NCBI RefSeq assembly: GCF_009914755.1
Contig: NC_060928.1
Source of the DNA: the human T2T-CHM13v2.0 reference genome, Homo sapiens
Reading direction: 5' to 3' (one strand)
DNA length: 64,000 nt
The position numbers and the translations under genes are program-made. The notes under the pieces were generated by a model. That model was not told the origin of the DNA and ran no database searches. It was given only the letters and a program-made list of their open reading frames with translations. This document shows positions 61,401-64,000 of this stretch, in pieces. How positions within the stretch are numbered: the first letter of the stretch is position 1; each line of letters opens with the position of its first letter.

Positions 61401-62481
61401 TTGGAATAAAATTTACTAATTTTTTACAAATTTATTGTATAACATTTGTTGGTAATTGAGGTAAAATATGTATTACAAAATGATATTCCAGAAAAAAAAG
61501 AATAATTGCTAGTAAGCTATCCAGTTCCCAGAAATGCTTATGGAAATGATGAGAGAGTGGCTCCATGCTTTCTTTATTCTGCCTCACCCACTCTTGTTCT
61601 TTATCTATCCTGTGAGCACTGCAGTTTCTCACCATAGTGCCTGTTTAAATCTCACCCTGCTTGATGCAATCGTTACCCATTTGATGTGGAAGTCTTTATG
61701 AATATCATCTGACCAATAAAAATATTTTAAAACTCTCATGCACGCCTAGGGCAATTTCCGTTTTGTTTCAGCTTTATAATGTATACTAGACATCCTCCTC
61801 AATCAACGCAGATTTACGTCATTCTTTTCCAAAGCACGTTATATTTCACAGAAGAACTTAGGCTATATTGTCAATATTGAATATTGAGTGTAATGAATAG
61901 CATTCATGTGGTTTCCAGTTCAGTAAGCGGGTTTCGTATGGGGCAACATGAACATGTGTTTGCCTTCTTGGTACTGTTCTACCACAGCTTTTCAGGTCTC
62001 ATGGCTCTCAAGAATATGTTCTACTATCACCAAGCAAAATTAGGGACAGTCTGCTCCACGCATCCCTAGAGGCAAACACTGAAGGTCAGTTAACAAATTA
62101 AAAATAATAATAACAAAAAACTTTTCTATGAAGCACAATAAAAATTAACATATCTGCACTTAGTTTTTCCCTTTGGCAACAGATACACCCACCTGTTGGT
62201 AGCGTGATTGTTAGCTAAAAGGTTAGCACTACATATATCCTGAGTAAGGAAATATGAGGGTAAAATTTTAAAAGGAGATAAGAGAATAATAACTATAAGT
62301 TCAAAATTAATGTGCTTTATGAAAAGAATGACTTTGTCCAGAGAAGATAATACACATGTATTCATTTTGAAAAGGGTAATATAACTATAATAATTTACAG
62401 TAACTCGGAGGTAGCAGTATGCTCAGTGAAAAAAAAATAGTTTAAAGTCAGAAAAAATTAGTATTTTAATTCATGTGTTAA

Positions 62482-62945
<464 letters not shown>

Positions 62946-64000
62946 CTATCATGCAGTTATGGAGAGACTTAAATAGCATAACACAGTGCGTCACATTCAA
63001 CACATGCATATTCAAACCTATATTTACCTATTTTATAGTTTTCGCTTAATGATTTCATGTGTCTCAATAACCATGTAACTTATTTTAAAATGTATCTTAA
63101 TGTTTATGACAATTTGAATTTCCACTACACAAATTAGCCAGTGTTTTCTGAATAATACCTAAAATATCTGGACACTACAGTGCTTTAGAGAAGCAAGAAA
63201 ACTAATTTAACAATCAGTCCCCAGTGTGTTCTCTATCTCCAAAATAAGTGAATTTGTGATCACCCATCTATAATAATATTATATTTTATTGGATGAATAT
63301 AGAAACTTCCTAATGGTAGGATTAAGCCAAATCCTGAATTCTGTCTACTCAGATTAGTCAGGTTAAATGATAAAAGGTGTAGAAAAGATAAACTTGTGGT
63401 GGAGGAATTTAGGAGCCTTAGAAAGTATATGATCCATCAATTAGAAGGGCAAGGTATCAGGAGAGGCAGGAAATGAAATACATAGTTCATCACCAACAAG
63501 ACCAAATAACTCAGAGATGAATAAAAGCAGCCTATAAATGCAGCAAAGGGCCTCAGGCACAGTAATAAAAAAAAATAGAACAAAAAAGATAACGTTCACA
63601 TTAATTTCTTTGGTTTTAATAACACGACTCAAACAACACCCACCGTGCGAAAATAAGATCATACAAGCACACAAATGCTTCTATCAGAGGCCCAAGCGGA
63701 CTGAGGAATCCCAGGTGGTCTGTTTGGATGCCCTGAAGAAATGAAGGGAAGGGGGTGTCAGGGAGGGGCGCCCAGAGCTCTTCTGTTGTAGCATTGACCA
63801 AAAAAGAGGCAGCCAGAGAAGGAAACAGATTTCATGTATCATTAATGACATCCCTACTTCTGGATCTGAAATTCCCTCTCAACTTCAACCATGTCAAGCT
63901 TCCTAAAACCCCTTCCTTTTTGAACTTCTACTTCACAGCACCAAGTGATCTTCCATACAGTTCTCTGATACTTTTGCTCTTTTCCTTCCTTTGCCTTCTA

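Noticed and set aside
63757-63773. CTCF-like gtcagggaggggcgccc
   Set aside because: Mismatches at several core positions of the CTCF motif.

Overview
Primate (human-like) nuclear DNA: AT-rich, intronic or intergenic, with no recognisable protein-coding exon, tRNA/rRNA gene, CpG island or CRISPR array, and no evidence of a novel multi-gene system. It is dominated by interspersed repeats: about 34 Alu elements or fragments (J, S and Y subfamilies, most with visible target-site duplications), L1M and L2 fragments, MIRs, four solo LTRs (MER84-like, LTR16C-like, MSTB, MLT1F-like) and DNA transposons (a ~2 kb Tigger1 carrying a nested MADE1, Tigger3a, MER94, MER104). The ORF track is mostly Alu/L1/Tigger-derived or chance. 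The most notable structures are: (i) a ~300 bp templated copy of 17180-17478 inserted into MSTB at 19814-20114, flanked by a 6 x 16 bp Alu-derived minisatellite and an 11 bp duplication; (ii) an LTR inserted into an AluJ; (iii) a chimeric AluS/AluY element nested in a truncated AluSc; (iv) a TA-rich palindrome/duplication scar at 3435-3622; (v) two unexplained diverged repeats in apparently unique DNA (22.9 kb vs 55.7 kb; 50.3 kb vs 50.8 kb). Repeat family names come from recalled consensus sequences, and old-repeat boundaries are approximate. I cannot name the locus or a host gene.
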